A stretch of 64,000 bases of DNA. Origin: Candidatus Omnitrophota bacterium (GTDB lineage Bacteria; Omnitrophota; Omnitrophia; Omnitrophales; Aquincolibacteriaceae). Below the pieces are notes generated by a model that worked only from the letters and a program-made list of their open reading frames with translations, made no database searches and had not been told where the DNA came from. Shown piece after piece: positions 18,704 to 28,407 of the stretch; the first letter of the stretch is position 1; each line of letters starts with the position of its first letter. The position numbers and the translations under genes are program-made. Where the stretch lies: positions 49,092 through 113,091 of the forward strand of contig JAYSWD010000001.1 of assembly GCA_043718225.1 (NCBI GenBank), in the 5' to 3' direction.

Positions 18704-19564
18704 GTGAACTTTAAGTGTTATTTAGACGGAAAAGAAATTTTTGATCAGGGATTGATTTGCGCTTTTGACCAAAATGAAATTCCGGTTTTTGAATCACTGC
18801 GTGTTTATAACGGAGTTGTTTTTAGATTCGACGAGCATTTAAAACGCTTTGCCGAATCGTCAAAAGCTTGCGGATTAAATTTACCGCCTTCGGCGGTTTT
18901 GAAAACCGCGGTAGAAAAAGCTTTAAAGGCGCATAATGCGGCTGGCGGATTTATTCGCGTTAATTTCACGGATCAAAAAATTTTCATAATGATCGGGGAG
19001 CGAAAACACAAACCCGAAATTTACCGAACCGGCGTTGATCTTAAAACCTCTTCTTTCCGCATGCCGTCGCCAAGGGCCACCGATTCCCAGTCTAAAACGG
19101 GCAATTACCGTTTGCAGCTTTTAGCAACCAGAAGCGAACCACGAACCACGAGCCACGAACCACGTGGTGGCCAACAGCCACCGTACGAATGGCTTTTCCT
19201 CGATGAAAATCACTTTTTGACTGAATCGCGCGTGGGAAACTTTTTTATCGTAAAAAAAGGGGTGATTTTAACGCCCCCGGCCCGGTCGGTGCTGAATGGA
19301 ATCACTAGGGAAGTTGTGATAGAATGCGCCCGCGAATCGGGGCTTTTGGTGCAGGAAACTCCGCTGACCAGGCATGAAGCTTTCAATGCCGACGAAGCTT
19401 TCCTGACCAATACTTCGTGGGAAATTCTTCCGGTGCGTTCACTCGACGGCCGCGTGGTTCAACAAACGGTTCCCGGCCCGGTGACAAAAAAACTCACACA
19501 ATGTTTTCATAGAAAGGTGAGGGGTCGGAGGCCGACCCACTCATCCCCGCGCTGCGAAGCTTAG
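18704..19564 (+). CDS. pabC: aminodeoxychorismate lyase / class IV aminotransferase, with an in-frame heptanucleotide tandem repeat
   Basis: Class IV aminotransferase fold (ESLRVYNGVVFRFDEHLKRF..NFFIVKKGVILTP). The internal (CGAACCA)x4 repeat encodes PRTTSHEP. Confidence 0.7.
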   Translation: MNFKCYLDGKEIFDQGLICAFDQNEIPVFESLRVYNGVVFRFDEHLKRFAESSKACGLNLPPSAVLKTAVEKALKAHNAAGGFIRVNFTDQKIFIMIGERKHKPEIYRTGVDLKTSSFRMPSPRATDSQSKTGNYRLQLLATRSEPRTTSHEPRGGQQPPYEWLFLDENHFLTESRVGNFFIVKKGVILTPPARSVLNGITREVVIECARESGLLVQETPLTRHEAFNADEAFLTNTSWEILPVRSLDGRVVQQTVPGPVTKKLTQCFHRKVRGRRPTHSSPRCEA

Positions 19565-19679
19565 TCCCCGTGAAAGCGGGGAACGGGGATCTAGAAATGG
19601 ATCCCGGCTCTAGGGCCGGGATGACACTCCTGTTTATAAAAAGTAAAAATTACCGAGAGGTCAGAAAGGTTCAAATTGC

Positions 19680-21311
19680 ATGTCGTCAAAAAAAACTGCC
19701 AACCCACTGAAAAAAAATTCCGCGAAACTTTCGCGAGTTAAACGCGCGCTTATCTCTGTCTCGGATAAGGAGGGCTTAATTCCTTTCGCGAAAAATCTGC
19801 GCCGTTTCAAAGTCGAAATTATTTCCACAGGCGGCACACTCAAAGCCTTGAAAGAAGCCGGGATTCCCGCAATCGCGATTGACCAAGTTACCGGCTTTCC
19901 TGAAATGATGGACGGTCGCGTCAAAACTTTGCATCCCAAAATTCACGGCGGTCTTTTATATGTGCGCGGCAACAAGTCGCATGAAAAACAAGCCAAAGCC
20001 CACGGCATTACCGCGATTGATTTAGTGGTGGTGAATCTTTATCCGTTTGAAGCTGTTACTCAGGACCCGAACGTGGAGCTCGCGCATGCAATTGAGAATA
20101 TTGATATTGGCGGACCTTCCATGCTGCGTTCAGCCGCCAAAAATTTTAAATCAGTTACGGTCGTTACGGATCCAAATGACTATCACCGCGTACTGCTTGA
20201 GATGGACACTTATAAAGGCGCAACTTCATATGATTTGCGTTTCGAACTTGCGCGCAAAGTTTACGCACGTACATCCGCTTATGATGCGGCCATTGCGGCA
20301 CATTTGAATGCGGAAGTTTCTTCCAAAGAAGAAGTGCTGCCCGCATCGATTGTAGTAGGCCTAAAAAAAACTCAGGAATTACGCTACGGAGAAAACCCAC
20401 ATCAGCGTGCGGCATATTATTCAGTTTCCGGTTGCGCCGGAGGCGCAGAGGGAAAAAACAAGTTGGCATGGAAACAGCTGCACGGCAAAGAACTTTCTTA
20501 TAATAATTTGGTGGATATGGAAGCGGCGATCGAATGCTCCGCCGAATTTAAAGAACCCTCGATTTGCGTGATTAAACATACCAACCCATGCGGCCTGGCG
20601 CAAAATAAAAATCTCGTTCAGGCTGTGGATGAGGCGATTGATTCAGACCCCGTTTCCGCATTTGGCGGCATCGTTGGCATTAATCGCATTTGCACCGAAG
20701 AAGTCGCACAGCGGATTTTAGACCGCCTCGGTTTTTTTGAAATTATCGTTGCGCCCGGCTACAAACCGAAAGCGCTTGCAAAACTTCAGGCGCGTAAAAA
20801 TTTGCGCATTATGGAAGTTGCTGGGCTTGATAATCAATCCGGTTTTGAAATTAAATTGCTGCGCACAGGCGCATTGGTTCAGGAGAAGAATCATCCGATC
20901 CGTTTCCGGCTTGCGGAGTTCAAGAAAAACCTGAAATGGGTTACGAAACATAAACTCACTAAAGATAAATTGGATGAACTGGTTTTTGCCTATCAATGCG
21001 CGAAACTTGTGAAATCAAACGCGATTGTTTTGACACAAGGTTTTAAAACCGTCGGTGTGGGTGCGGGTCAAATGTCGCGGGTCGACTCGACAAAAATCGC
21101 CTGTGATAAAGCCGGCGCGAAAACACGCGGCGCTTTCGTCGGCAGTGATGCATTCTTTCCGATGCCTGACTCAATCGAATATGCCGCAAAGTTCGGCATT
21201 GAAGCTATCATCCAGCCGGGTGGATCGATCAAAGATCAAGATGCGATTGATACTTGCAATAAACTGGGAATAGCCATGGTCTTCACTGGCGAACGACACT
21301 TCAAACATTAA
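19680..21311 (+). CDS. purH: bifunctional AICAR transformylase / IMP cyclohydrolase
   Basis: MGS-like N-terminus (KRALISVSDKEGL) and AICARFT domain, 543 aa. Confidence 0.9.
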   Translation: MSSKKTANPLKKNSAKLSRVKRALISVSDKEGLIPFAKNLRRFKVEIISTGGTLKALKEAGIPAIAIDQVTGFPEMMDGRVKTLHPKIHGGLLYVRGNKSHEKQAKAHGITAIDLVVVNLYPFEAVTQDPNVELAHAIENIDIGGPSMLRSAAKNFKSVTVVTDPNDYHRVLLEMDTYKGATSYDLRFELARKVYARTSAYDAAIAAHLNAEVSSKEEVLPASIVVGLKKTQELRYGENPHQRAAYYSVSGCAGGAEGKNKLAWKQLHGKELSYNNLVDMEAAIECSAEFKEPSICVIKHTNPCGLAQNKNLVQAVDEAIDSDPVSAFGGIVGINRICTEEVAQRILDRLGFFEIIVAPGYKPKALAKLQARKNLRIMEVAGLDNQSGFEIKLLRTGALVQEKNHPIRFRLAEFKKNLKWVTKHKLTKDKLDELVFAYQCAKLVKSNAIVLTQGFKTVGVGAGQMSRVDSTKIACDKAGAKTRGAFVGSDAFFPMPDSIEYAAKFGIEAIIQPGGSIKDQDAIDTCNKLGIAMVFTGERHFKH

Positions 21312-21320
21312 GATTCGATG

Positions 21321-21426
21321 AAAAAACATCATCTGCTTCGTTCCAAACTTCGCAATCTGCGTGCTGCGTATTACCGCATACGCCTCCTTAATTGCTCGTT
21401 TGCGCCTTGCATCTAATGCTTTTTGA
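21321..21426 (+). repeat. Family B repeat
   Basis: Copy after purH: ctgcttcgttccaaa ... gcgtattaccgcatacgcctcc ... tgcgccttgca ... ctttttga. Confidence 0.75.
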
Positions 21427-21444
21427 TCGAATCTTCCACTCGAT

Positions 21445-22722
21445 ATGAATTATAAAGAATCGCTCCGTTACTTAAATTCTTTCATAAACTATGAGAAGAC
21501 TCCGCCGAAAAGCCATGCCGAGCTCAATCTTGAGCGCATGCGCCACGGTCTTGATGCTTTAAGCCACCCCGAGACAAATTTTTTTCCGGTTTTAATCGCG
21601 GGCACGGTCGGCAAAGGTTCAACCGGATTTTTTTTGGAGCAGATTCTTCAAAGCTCGAAAATATCTGCGGGCTTCTATCACTCTCCGCATATCGATGATA
21701 TTCGCGAGCGCATTCGTGTCCGCGGTGAAATGCTTTCAGAAAAAAAATGGGCTGAGGGCGTCACGCAAATTCAAAAACTTTTAAGGCAAAAACCTTTTCC
21801 AGAAAAATCGGGGACACCGACTTTCTTCGAAATGTTGACCTTGCTCGCGATTTGGATTTTTGCGGAACAAAAAATAAGAATCGGAATTTTCGAAATCGGT
21901 ATGGGCGGCAGGCTGGATGCGACCAATATTTTGGAAGCGCCGCTTTGTATTTTGACACGCATCGATTTTGACCATCAAGCTTTTTTAGGAAATACGCTGT
22001 CAAAAATCGCGCGGGAAAAAGCGGGCATTATTAAGTCAGCATCGGTTGTCGTTGCGGAGCCCCAGAATACCGACATATTGCAAATTTTTAGGAAGACTTT
22101 GTCAAAGCAAGGCCGCTTGATTATTTCCAAGCCCGTTTCTTTTCAACCCGGGTTGAACGGCGCATTTCAAAAGAAAAACGCCGGCAATGCTCAAGCGGCG
22201 GCAAAAATACTGGCGGAGCAATTTGATTTTTCGGTTAAAACGAAGGATATCAAAAAAGGCTTAAGCCAAAAAATATGGCCCGGAAGAATAGAAGTCTGCC
22301 GTTCCGGCAAACGCCAATTTTTAATGGATGCCGCGCACAATCCTGTGGGCTGCGAGGCTTTGGTGCAAACGCTCGCGGGCATGAAAAAGAAGCCGGCATA
22401 TATTCTTTTCAGCGTTTTACGGGATAAGGACAGCGTGGCCATGCTCAAGGCGTTGTCACAATTGAATATTCCCATTATTGTGGCGCCTTTGAAGCATGCG
22501 CGTTCCAAAAAACTGGCCGATTTGGCGGCGGAAGCGGAAGCCTATTTTGACCGGGTCATTCCATCGAAAAATAGTGCGCATGCGTTGGAAATTTTGAAGA
22601 AAATGGTCCGGCCGGCAGAAAGAGTTTTAGTCACCGGATCCTTTTATTTGTTAGGCGAAATTAGAAAAACCCTAAAAACCGCGCAGGTTCTTGAACCTGC
22701 GCGGTTAAAAGAGGGGCAATGA
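21445..22722 (+). CDS. folC: folylpolyglutamate synthase / dihydrofolate synthase
   Basis: Mur-ligase P-loop (IAGTVGKGST) and FolC architecture, within a folate gene neighbourhood. Confidence 0.85.
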   Translation: MNYKESLRYLNSFINYEKTPPKSHAELNLERMRHGLDALSHPETNFFPVLIAGTVGKGSTGFFLEQILQSSKISAGFYHSPHIDDIRERIRVRGEMLSEKKWAEGVTQIQKLLRQKPFPEKSGTPTFFEMLTLLAIWIFAEQKIRIGIFEIGMGGRLDATNILEAPLCILTRIDFDHQAFLGNTLSKIAREKAGIIKSASVVVAEPQNTDILQIFRKTLSKQGRLIISKPVSFQPGLNGAFQKKNAGNAQAAAKILAEQFDFSVKTKDIKKGLSQKIWPGRIEVCRSGKRQFLMDAAHNPVGCEALVQTLAGMKKKPAYILFSVLRDKDSVAMLKALSQLNIPIIVAPLKHARSKKLADLAAEAEAYFDRVIPSKNSAHALEILKKMVRPAERVLVTGSFYLLGEIRKTLKTAQVLEPARLKEGQ

Positions 22723-24095
22723 CAGAAAGTTTCGAAGATACAATCGCGGCCATCGCGACGCCGGTAGGCGAAGGCGGGATTGCGGTGATCCGCGTTAGCG
22801 GTGCCGCGTCTTTTTCTATTGTCCAAAAGATTTTTTACCCCGCAAAAGAGCAGGAGCTTAAAAATGCCGCGACGCATACGATCCACTTTGGTCAAATCGT
22901 CGGAAACGGCAAAACCGTGGATCAGGTTTTAGTTAGCCTTTTTAAAAATCCGCACAGTTATACCGGCGAAGAAACAGTCGAAATCAGCTGCCACGGCGGG
23001 TTAGTTGTGTCGCGTAAAATTTTGGAACTGCTTTATCAGTCCGGCGCGCGACCCGCGGAACCCGGTGAATTCACCAAGCGCGCATTTCTCAATGGCAAAA
23101 TTGATTTGACGCAGGCGGAAGCGGTGCTTGATTTGATTCGCGCCAAAAGCGATCGCGCACGCGAAATCGCAGTGCGGCAGCTTTCCGGCGCGCTTTCACG
23201 GCGCTTTAAAGACTTGCGTGACCGCATTATGAGCGTTTACGCGAATATGGAAGCATACTTGGACTTTCCTGATGAAGATTTAGAAATTGATATCCGCGAA
23301 GGCATGCAGAATCAGCTTACTGAAATAGAAAAAACGATGCGGACATTGATCAGCGGATTTTCGAAAAACAGTTTATTGCGCGAAGGCGCGTCAATTGTTC
23401 TGGCGGGAAAACCGAACGCGGGCAAGTCATCGCTTTTTAACGCGCTGCTTGAGCGTGACCGTGCGATTGTTTCCGATATTCCGAATACCACCCGTGATGT
23501 GATCGAAGAGCCGCTTGAAATCGGCGGATTTTGGCTGCGCCTTGCGGATACCGCGGGAATTGTTTCAACGCCCGAACATCCGCTGGATGAAATCAGCATG
23601 CGCCGCAGCCGCGAAGCGATCGAAAAATGTCATTTAGTTTTATTTATCGCGGATGGTTCGCGGCCTCTCGAAGAAGCGGATCGGACGGTGCTTTCTAGAA
23701 TTCCTGCCGGAAAGCCAAAATTTATTTTAACGAACAAGTCTGATTTACCGCAGCGACTTTCAAAGGAAAACCTCAAAGAGCTAGGCGAGACAATCGCGGT
23801 TTCAACCAAAACCGGACAAGGGCTGGATGTTTTGGAAGCACAGCTTGCTGCGTTTTTAGAAAAAAACACTTCCGATAACGGCGAGCAAATTACAAAGCTG
23901 CGCCATCAAAATGCATTAAACCAAGCGCTCGATGCGCTGGCGCGTGCGCGTATGGCCTATGATCAAAAGCTTTCATTGGAATTTGTGACGTTAGACCTGA
24001 AAGCGGCAATTGACGCGCTCGGAGAATTGATCGGCACTGTCTACTCGGAAGATTTATTGGATGTTATCTTTGCCCAATTCTGCATCGGTAAATAA
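22719..24095 (+). CDS. mnmE: tRNA modification GTPase MnmE
   Basis: GTPase motifs (GKPNAGKSSLFN, DTAG) and the C-terminal FCIGK signature. The start overlaps the folC stop. Confidence 0.9.
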   Translation: MTESFEDTIAAIATPVGEGGIAVIRVSGAASFSIVQKIFYPAKEQELKNAATHTIHFGQIVGNGKTVDQVLVSLFKNPHSYTGEETVEISCHGGLVVSRKILELLYQSGARPAEPGEFTKRAFLNGKIDLTQAEAVLDLIRAKSDRAREIAVRQLSGALSRRFKDLRDRIMSVYANMEAYLDFPDEDLEIDIREGMQNQLTEIEKTMRTLISGFSKNSLLREGASIVLAGKPNAGKSSLFNALLERDRAIVSDIPNTTRDVIEEPLEIGGFWLRLADTAGIVSTPEHPLDEISMRRSREAIEKCHLVLFIADGSRPLEEADRTVLSRIPAGKPKFILTNKSDLPQRLSKENLKELGETIAVSTKTGQGLDVLEAQLAAFLEKNTSDNGEQITKLRHQNALNQALDALARARMAYDQKLSLEFVTLDLKAAIDALGELIGTVYSEDLLDVIFAQFCIGK

Positions 24096-24210
24096 AAATT
24101 CATTGAAAACTTTCCGTCTGCGTTGTTGCGAACTGCGCTTTGTCGTGCGGCGTATTACCGCAGACGCCTCCTCCCGCACTTATTCGCGCCCAGCATCTAG
24201 GGATTTTTGA
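24096..24210 (+). repeat. Family B repeat
   Basis: First of two tandem copies after mnmE: tctgcgttgttgcgaa ... gcggcgtattaccgcagacgcctcc ... atttttga. Confidence 0.7.
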
Positions 24211-24225
24211 ATGAATCGCGAGTGA

Positions 24226-24330
24226 TTCGGCATTATCTGCGGTGTTGCGCCCATCGCTTCTTTACTCGGCGTATTGCCCCGATATGCCTCCGCAGAAGGT
24301 CGAGCGCGCCTTGCCGCTGAACTTTTTTGA
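24226..24330 (+). repeat. Family B repeat
   Basis: Second tandem copy after mnmE: tctgcggtgttgcgc ... ggcgtattgcccc ... cctccgc ... gcgcgccttgcc ... cttttttga. Confidence 0.65.
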
Positions 24331-24411
24331 GAAGAAATTAACAGACGAAGGTTTTCTCAAAAAAAGCCGAAAATCTAAAGTGGATTTTAAAATTAACAAG
24401 CCAAGCAAAGC

Positions 24412-26151
24412 ATGAACTCCGACGAACAAATTACAAAAGACCAGCTGTTTTCACGCATTAAGCAGCGGAAGCAGCTGCTTGTTAAAAGACAAATGGTTGT
24501 GGCGGTGCTAGCCCTTGTTTTTGGCGGCCTGTTTGCAATGAAGGTTTTTGAACCGCTCGAATTTTTTTTCCTGGATAGCTGGCTTTCGCGGGCGCAGTGG
24601 AAAACAGAAACGAGCGTTGTTTTGGTGCCGATTACGGAAAAAAGCATTCAGCTCATCGGTAAATTGCCCTGGCCTCCTTCCCAGTATTCCGCAGTCCTGG
24701 AACTTTTAGCTGCTTGGAATGCGCGTGCTGTTTATATTGACCGTCATTTTGCGGAAAATTGGCCTGCCGAAGAATGGCAGCCGCTTTTAAAAATATTGCT
24801 AAAACGCAAAATCCCTGTTTTTTTTGCTTCCGGTGAATCATCCGGAGGGAAGACGATGAACTATCGAAATCCGCTTTCAGATTCAAAACCAGACACGGTT
24901 GATCTGCCGAAACAAATCAGTAAATATGCATTTTTTGGACACCGGGAATTAATGTCAGGGAAAGATCATGTTTTTCGCTTTTGGCAGCCCTGGATTAAAG
25001 ACAGCCGGGGGTTGACCCATCATTTAGCAGCATTGACCATGCTTATGGATCTCCGTTTTAATTTCAAGGACCGGGCGCTCGTGCGGTCATCAAGAAAAGA
25101 AATGCGGTTAATTCCCTGGAACCGTGTTCGCTTCGAAACTTGGCCACGTGTCGAGTTTTCGGATTTAATGCAAAACTATGTTCCCGCGCGCGACGGAATT
25201 CCTTCGCTGCTACCCACCACTTTATTTAATGACAAAGTTATTTTTATCGGCCAGGTGGATGAACCGCACGCAGGCTCAGGGTTAACGCCATGGAGAGAAG
25301 CCGTTGCTCCGATTGAAACCATGGCTGCAATTTATGACGGCTTGGGACGGCCGGGGTGGAACCTGAGTGTGATGGCGCCTTTTTGGGGATGCATTGTGTT
25401 TTTTATTTTGGTTGCGGGCCTGTTGATTGCATGGGTCGGAGTTTGCGCCGGAATGCGCTTTTGGCTGGGTTGGTTTGGACTGCTTTTTCTCGTGGCTTTG
25501 ACATGGGGCAGTTTTGTATTTTTCAAAACATGGTTTCCTTTTGCCGGGGTATTTTTGTTTTTATTAATTGCGGGTGCGGTTCTTTTTGCTTTTGAATCGA
25601 TTTATGCAGCGGGCGAACGCTCGGCATTATTTCACTTTGCGACGCGCGACGGATTAACAAATATTTATTCCATCCGTCATTTTCGTTTGATAATGAATCA
25701 AGTTACCCGTGAAGCGGCGATGAGATCCGAAGCATTGGCGGTTATTTTAATCGACATCGATTATTTCAAAAAAATCAATGACAGCTACGGCCATGCGGCG
25801 GGAGATAGGGTGATAAAAAAAACGGCGGAAGTGATCGAGGCGTCAATCAGGCAAAAAAGGACCTTTAAAGACGTTGATTTTCTTGCGCGGTATGGTGGTG
25901 AAGAATTTATCATTTTAATGCGCCGATCTTCGCTTGAAAATGCGGGCTTGGTTGCTGAGCGGATTCGAAACGCAATCGGACAAACGCATTTTGAGTGGCA
26001 GCTTAAGCGCGTTTTTGTAACTGTAAGTTTGGGCGTCGCCGTATTACATGAAGGTGAAAATGTTCCCGACCCCATGGTGCATCGAGCCGACAAGGCGCTT
26101 TATCGCGCCAAAGAAGCCGGGCGTAATTGTGTTTGTGTCGAGGAAGTGTAA
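24412..26151 (+). CDS. membrane diguanylate cyclase: CHASE2-like periplasmic sensor, TM bundle and GGDEF domain
   Basis: The N-terminal TM and ~250 aa periplasmic region are followed by three or four TM segments and a GGDEF domain (RYGGEEFIIL). Confidence 0.75.
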   Translation: MNSDEQITKDQLFSRIKQRKQLLVKRQMVVAVLALVFGGLFAMKVFEPLEFFFLDSWLSRAQWKTETSVVLVPITEKSIQLIGKLPWPPSQYSAVLELLAAWNARAVYIDRHFAENWPAEEWQPLLKILLKRKIPVFFASGESSGGKTMNYRNPLSDSKPDTVDLPKQISKYAFFGHRELMSGKDHVFRFWQPWIKDSRGLTHHLAALTMLMDLRFNFKDRALVRSSRKEMRLIPWNRVRFETWPRVEFSDLMQNYVPARDGIPSLLPTTLFNDKVIFIGQVDEPHAGSGLTPWREAVAPIETMAAIYDGLGRPGWNLSVMAPFWGCIVFFILVAGLLIAWVGVCAGMRFWLGWFGLLFLVALTWGSFVFFKTWFPFAGVFLFLLIAGAVLFAFESIYAAGERSALFHFATRDGLTNIYSIRHFRLIMNQVTREAAMRSEALAVILIDIDYFKKINDSYGHAAGDRVIKKTAEVIEASIRQKRTFKDVDFLARYGGEEFIILMRRSSLENAGLVAERIRNAIGQTHFEWQLKRVFVTVSLGVAVLHEGENVPDPMVHRADKALYRAKEAGRNCVCVEEV

Positions 26152-26184
26152 AATAATTTTTTTTATAAACAAAAATAAAGCTCG

Positions 26185-27960
26185 ATGATCAATTTAGACG
26201 AGCCCCTTACAACCGACCAGCTCTTTAGCCGTACCAAGCAGCGTCAGAATCTTTTAATTAAACGCCAAATTTTAACGTCAGTTTGCGCGCTGGTTTTCGG
26301 TGTGTTGCTTTTTTCGCGAACACTTGAACCGTTAGAGACAGCGCTTCTCGATGGATGGCTTTCGCGCACGCAGACAGAGGGCGCGCCGAAAATTGTTCTC
26401 ATTTCTGTTTCCGGCAAAAGCATCAGTCAAATCGGCAAATGGCCCTGGCCGCCTTTTCAGCATGCCGTGATGCTTGAATTACTTCAGCGCTTTGGAGCGC
26501 GTTCGGTTTATATTGACCATCCTTTTTCTGAAGCGTGGCGGGAAGAAGAGCAAAAACCGCTTACAACCGTTCTTGCCCGGCATCAAATGCCGGTTTTTTT
26601 TGCCGCGAATTACAGTCCTCGTTTTGAAAACGCCGGTCCCGGCCTTACGATTTTAAAGCAAGAAGGCCCGGCAAAAATGGAATGGGTGCGGCCTGTTCCG
26701 GAAATCGCGGAACTTGCGGCCTTCGGACACCGGCAGCTCAAGCCCGAACAAGACAGGGTTTTTCGCTTTTGGCAGCCGTGGCTGGAAGGACAGGAAGTTT
26801 CTTACCCACTTGCCGCGGTTAAGATGAACATGGAAACGCAAGCGAACCTTCGCGACAGCTCGCTGCTCAATTCTAACGAAACAGGAAAGCGTTTAATTCC
26901 CTGGAACCAAGCGCGTTATAAAAGTTGGCTGCGAATTGAATTTTCAGATTTAGTGGAAAGTTACCTGGCGATGCGCGAAGGCATGCGCCCCGCGATAACA
27001 GCCGAGATCTTTAAAGGCCGCGATGCTTTTATCGGCCTCGCGGATGAAGCCCAAGCGTTTTCAGGTTTGACACCGTGGCATCAAACCGTTTTTCCTTTTG
27101 AAGTTATGGCGGCCATTTTTGACGGGTTAAATCATCCGGGCCACAACATACGCCGCGTGGCGGGCGCGTATGCTCCGCTTATTTTTCTGCTTGCCGCGGC
27201 CGGAGTGCTTATTTTTTGCACAGGCAGAGCGGTTGGCCCTTTTTTTTGGATGGTTTGGGCAGGATTACTTTTCGGCGTGGTTTTAGCCTGGGCTATTTTC
27301 GTTTTTTTATTGATTTGGCTGCCTTGCGCGGCAGTGCTTTTATTTCTTTTAGTTTCAGGCGCGGCTATTTTTGCTTTTGACGCTTTGCATGCAAGACAGC
27401 AGCATTCGGCTCTTTTTCACCTCGCCACGCGCGATGGATTAACCAATTTATATGTGATCCGGCATTTTCGCGTCATCATGAATCAACTGACGCGCGAGGC
27501 CTGTGCTCGCAAAGAGCCGATTGCGGTTATTCTCATGGACATCGATCATTTCAAAATAATCAACGACACTTATGGCCACCCCGCGGGGGACATGGTGTTG
27601 AAAAAAACCGCACAGGCGATACAGGCCGCGGTCCGTCAAAAACGAATGTTTAAAGACATCGATTTTGTCGCGCGTTATGGCGGAGAAGAATTTATTGTCC
27701 TTGTCCGGCGCAATTCGCTTGAAATGGTATCTTCTAGGATCGCGGAACGGATTCGAAAGGCGATTCAGGAAACTCATTATGAATGGGAAGGAGAGCGCAT
27801 TTTTGTGACCGCCAGTTTTGGTGTTGCGGTTTTAAATGAAGGTGAAAATATTCCCGATGCCATGGTTCACCGCGCGGATAAAGCGCTTTATCTCGCGAAG
27901 CAAAATGGCCGTAACCGGGTTTGCACTGAGAACGATGTCAGGGGTGTCAAGGAAGCCTGA
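26185..27960 (+). CDS. membrane diguanylate cyclase, tandem paralog of the preceding gene
   Basis: It has the same architecture and is collinear with 24412-26151 (DQLFSRTKQR.., RYGGEEFIVL). I judge roughly 45% identity by eye. Confidence 0.75.
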   Translation: MINLDEPLTTDQLFSRTKQRQNLLIKRQILTSVCALVFGVLLFSRTLEPLETALLDGWLSRTQTEGAPKIVLISVSGKSISQIGKWPWPPFQHAVMLELLQRFGARSVYIDHPFSEAWREEEQKPLTTVLARHQMPVFFAANYSPRFENAGPGLTILKQEGPAKMEWVRPVPEIAELAAFGHRQLKPEQDRVFRFWQPWLEGQEVSYPLAAVKMNMETQANLRDSSLLNSNETGKRLIPWNQARYKSWLRIEFSDLVESYLAMREGMRPAITAEIFKGRDAFIGLADEAQAFSGLTPWHQTVFPFEVMAAIFDGLNHPGHNIRRVAGAYAPLIFLLAAAGVLIFCTGRAVGPFFWMVWAGLLFGVVLAWAIFVFLLIWLPCAAVLLFLLVSGAAIFAFDALHARQQHSALFHLATRDGLTNLYVIRHFRVIMNQLTREACARKEPIAVILMDIDHFKIINDTYGHPAGDMVLKKTAQAIQAAVRQKRMFKDIDFVARYGGEEFIVLVRRNSLEMVSSRIAERIRKAIQETHYEWEGERIFVTASFGVAVLNEGENIPDAMVHRADKALYLAKQNGRNRVCTENDVRGVKEA

Positions 27961-28022
27961 AACTTTCGCGTGGGTGGACACTCTGATTTCTCTGCGCTAC
28001 CATATGCCTCTTGCACAACCGG

Positions 28023-28109
28023 GGAGAGGTGGCAGAGTGGTTGAATGCGCTAGTCTCGAAAACTGGTATGCCCGCAAGGGTATCGGGGGTTCGAATCCCC
28101 CCCTCTCCG
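28023..28109 (+). tRNA. tRNA-Ser (anticodon CGA), class II with a long variable arm
   Basis: Acceptor GGAGAGG/CCTCTCC, anticodon loop CTCGAAA, T-arm GGGGGTTCGAATCCCCC, discriminator G. CCA is not encoded. Confidence 0.85.
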
Positions 28110-28230
28110 GTTCTAAATATGCCCTTGCCTGCTGCGTTACGCTCCCTCAAATTTTCTCAACGTACATTTTAAGGTAAGCCTTAAAAATTTTCGGTCGCAA
28201 GCCTTGCATTCAAGGGCATCTTTAGAACCG
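28110..28230 (+). repeat. Family B-like variant directly after tRNA-Ser, enclosed by a 19 bp inverted repeat (ggttctaaatatgcccttg / caagggcatctttagaacc)
   Basis: cctgctgcgttacgctccct ... cgcaagccttgcattca, inside a long stem. Confidence 0.6.
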
Positions 28231-28236
28231 CTAAAT

Positions 28237-28407
28237 GGAGTGGGGATTCGAAGTGAGGAGCCCAAACCATCAAGTTGACCGAAGGAAAAATCTGACTTAA
28301 TGTCAGGTTTTGAAAGAGGGAAGACAAGGGGCGACGAGTGGCCGACCTGGAAAGAGTGCGGCGACTAGCCGACACGAATGGAGGGCGCCGTTAATCCCCC
28401 TCTCTCC
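28237..28407 (+). repeat. Family C ~170 nt tRNA-downstream element whose 3' end near-duplicates the tRNA-Ser T-arm and acceptor 3' half
   Basis: Shares aaatctgacttaatgtcag and agtgcggcgactagccgacacgaatgga with the copy at 34901-35068. It ends aatccccctctctccg, compared with aatcccccctctccg in the tRNA. Confidence 0.6.

Noticed and set aside
19565-19679. Possible ZTP (pfl) riboswitch upstream of purH
   Set aside because: GGGTCGG and CCGACCC are adjacent and form a simple hairpin rather than the long-range pseudoknot. The conserved 3' CCGACCGCCTGGGCA-type segment is absent.
27836-28177. ORFs 27836-28177 (+) and 27947-28150 (−)
   Set aside because: They overlap the tRNA-Ser gene and its downstream hairpin element, so they are not coding.
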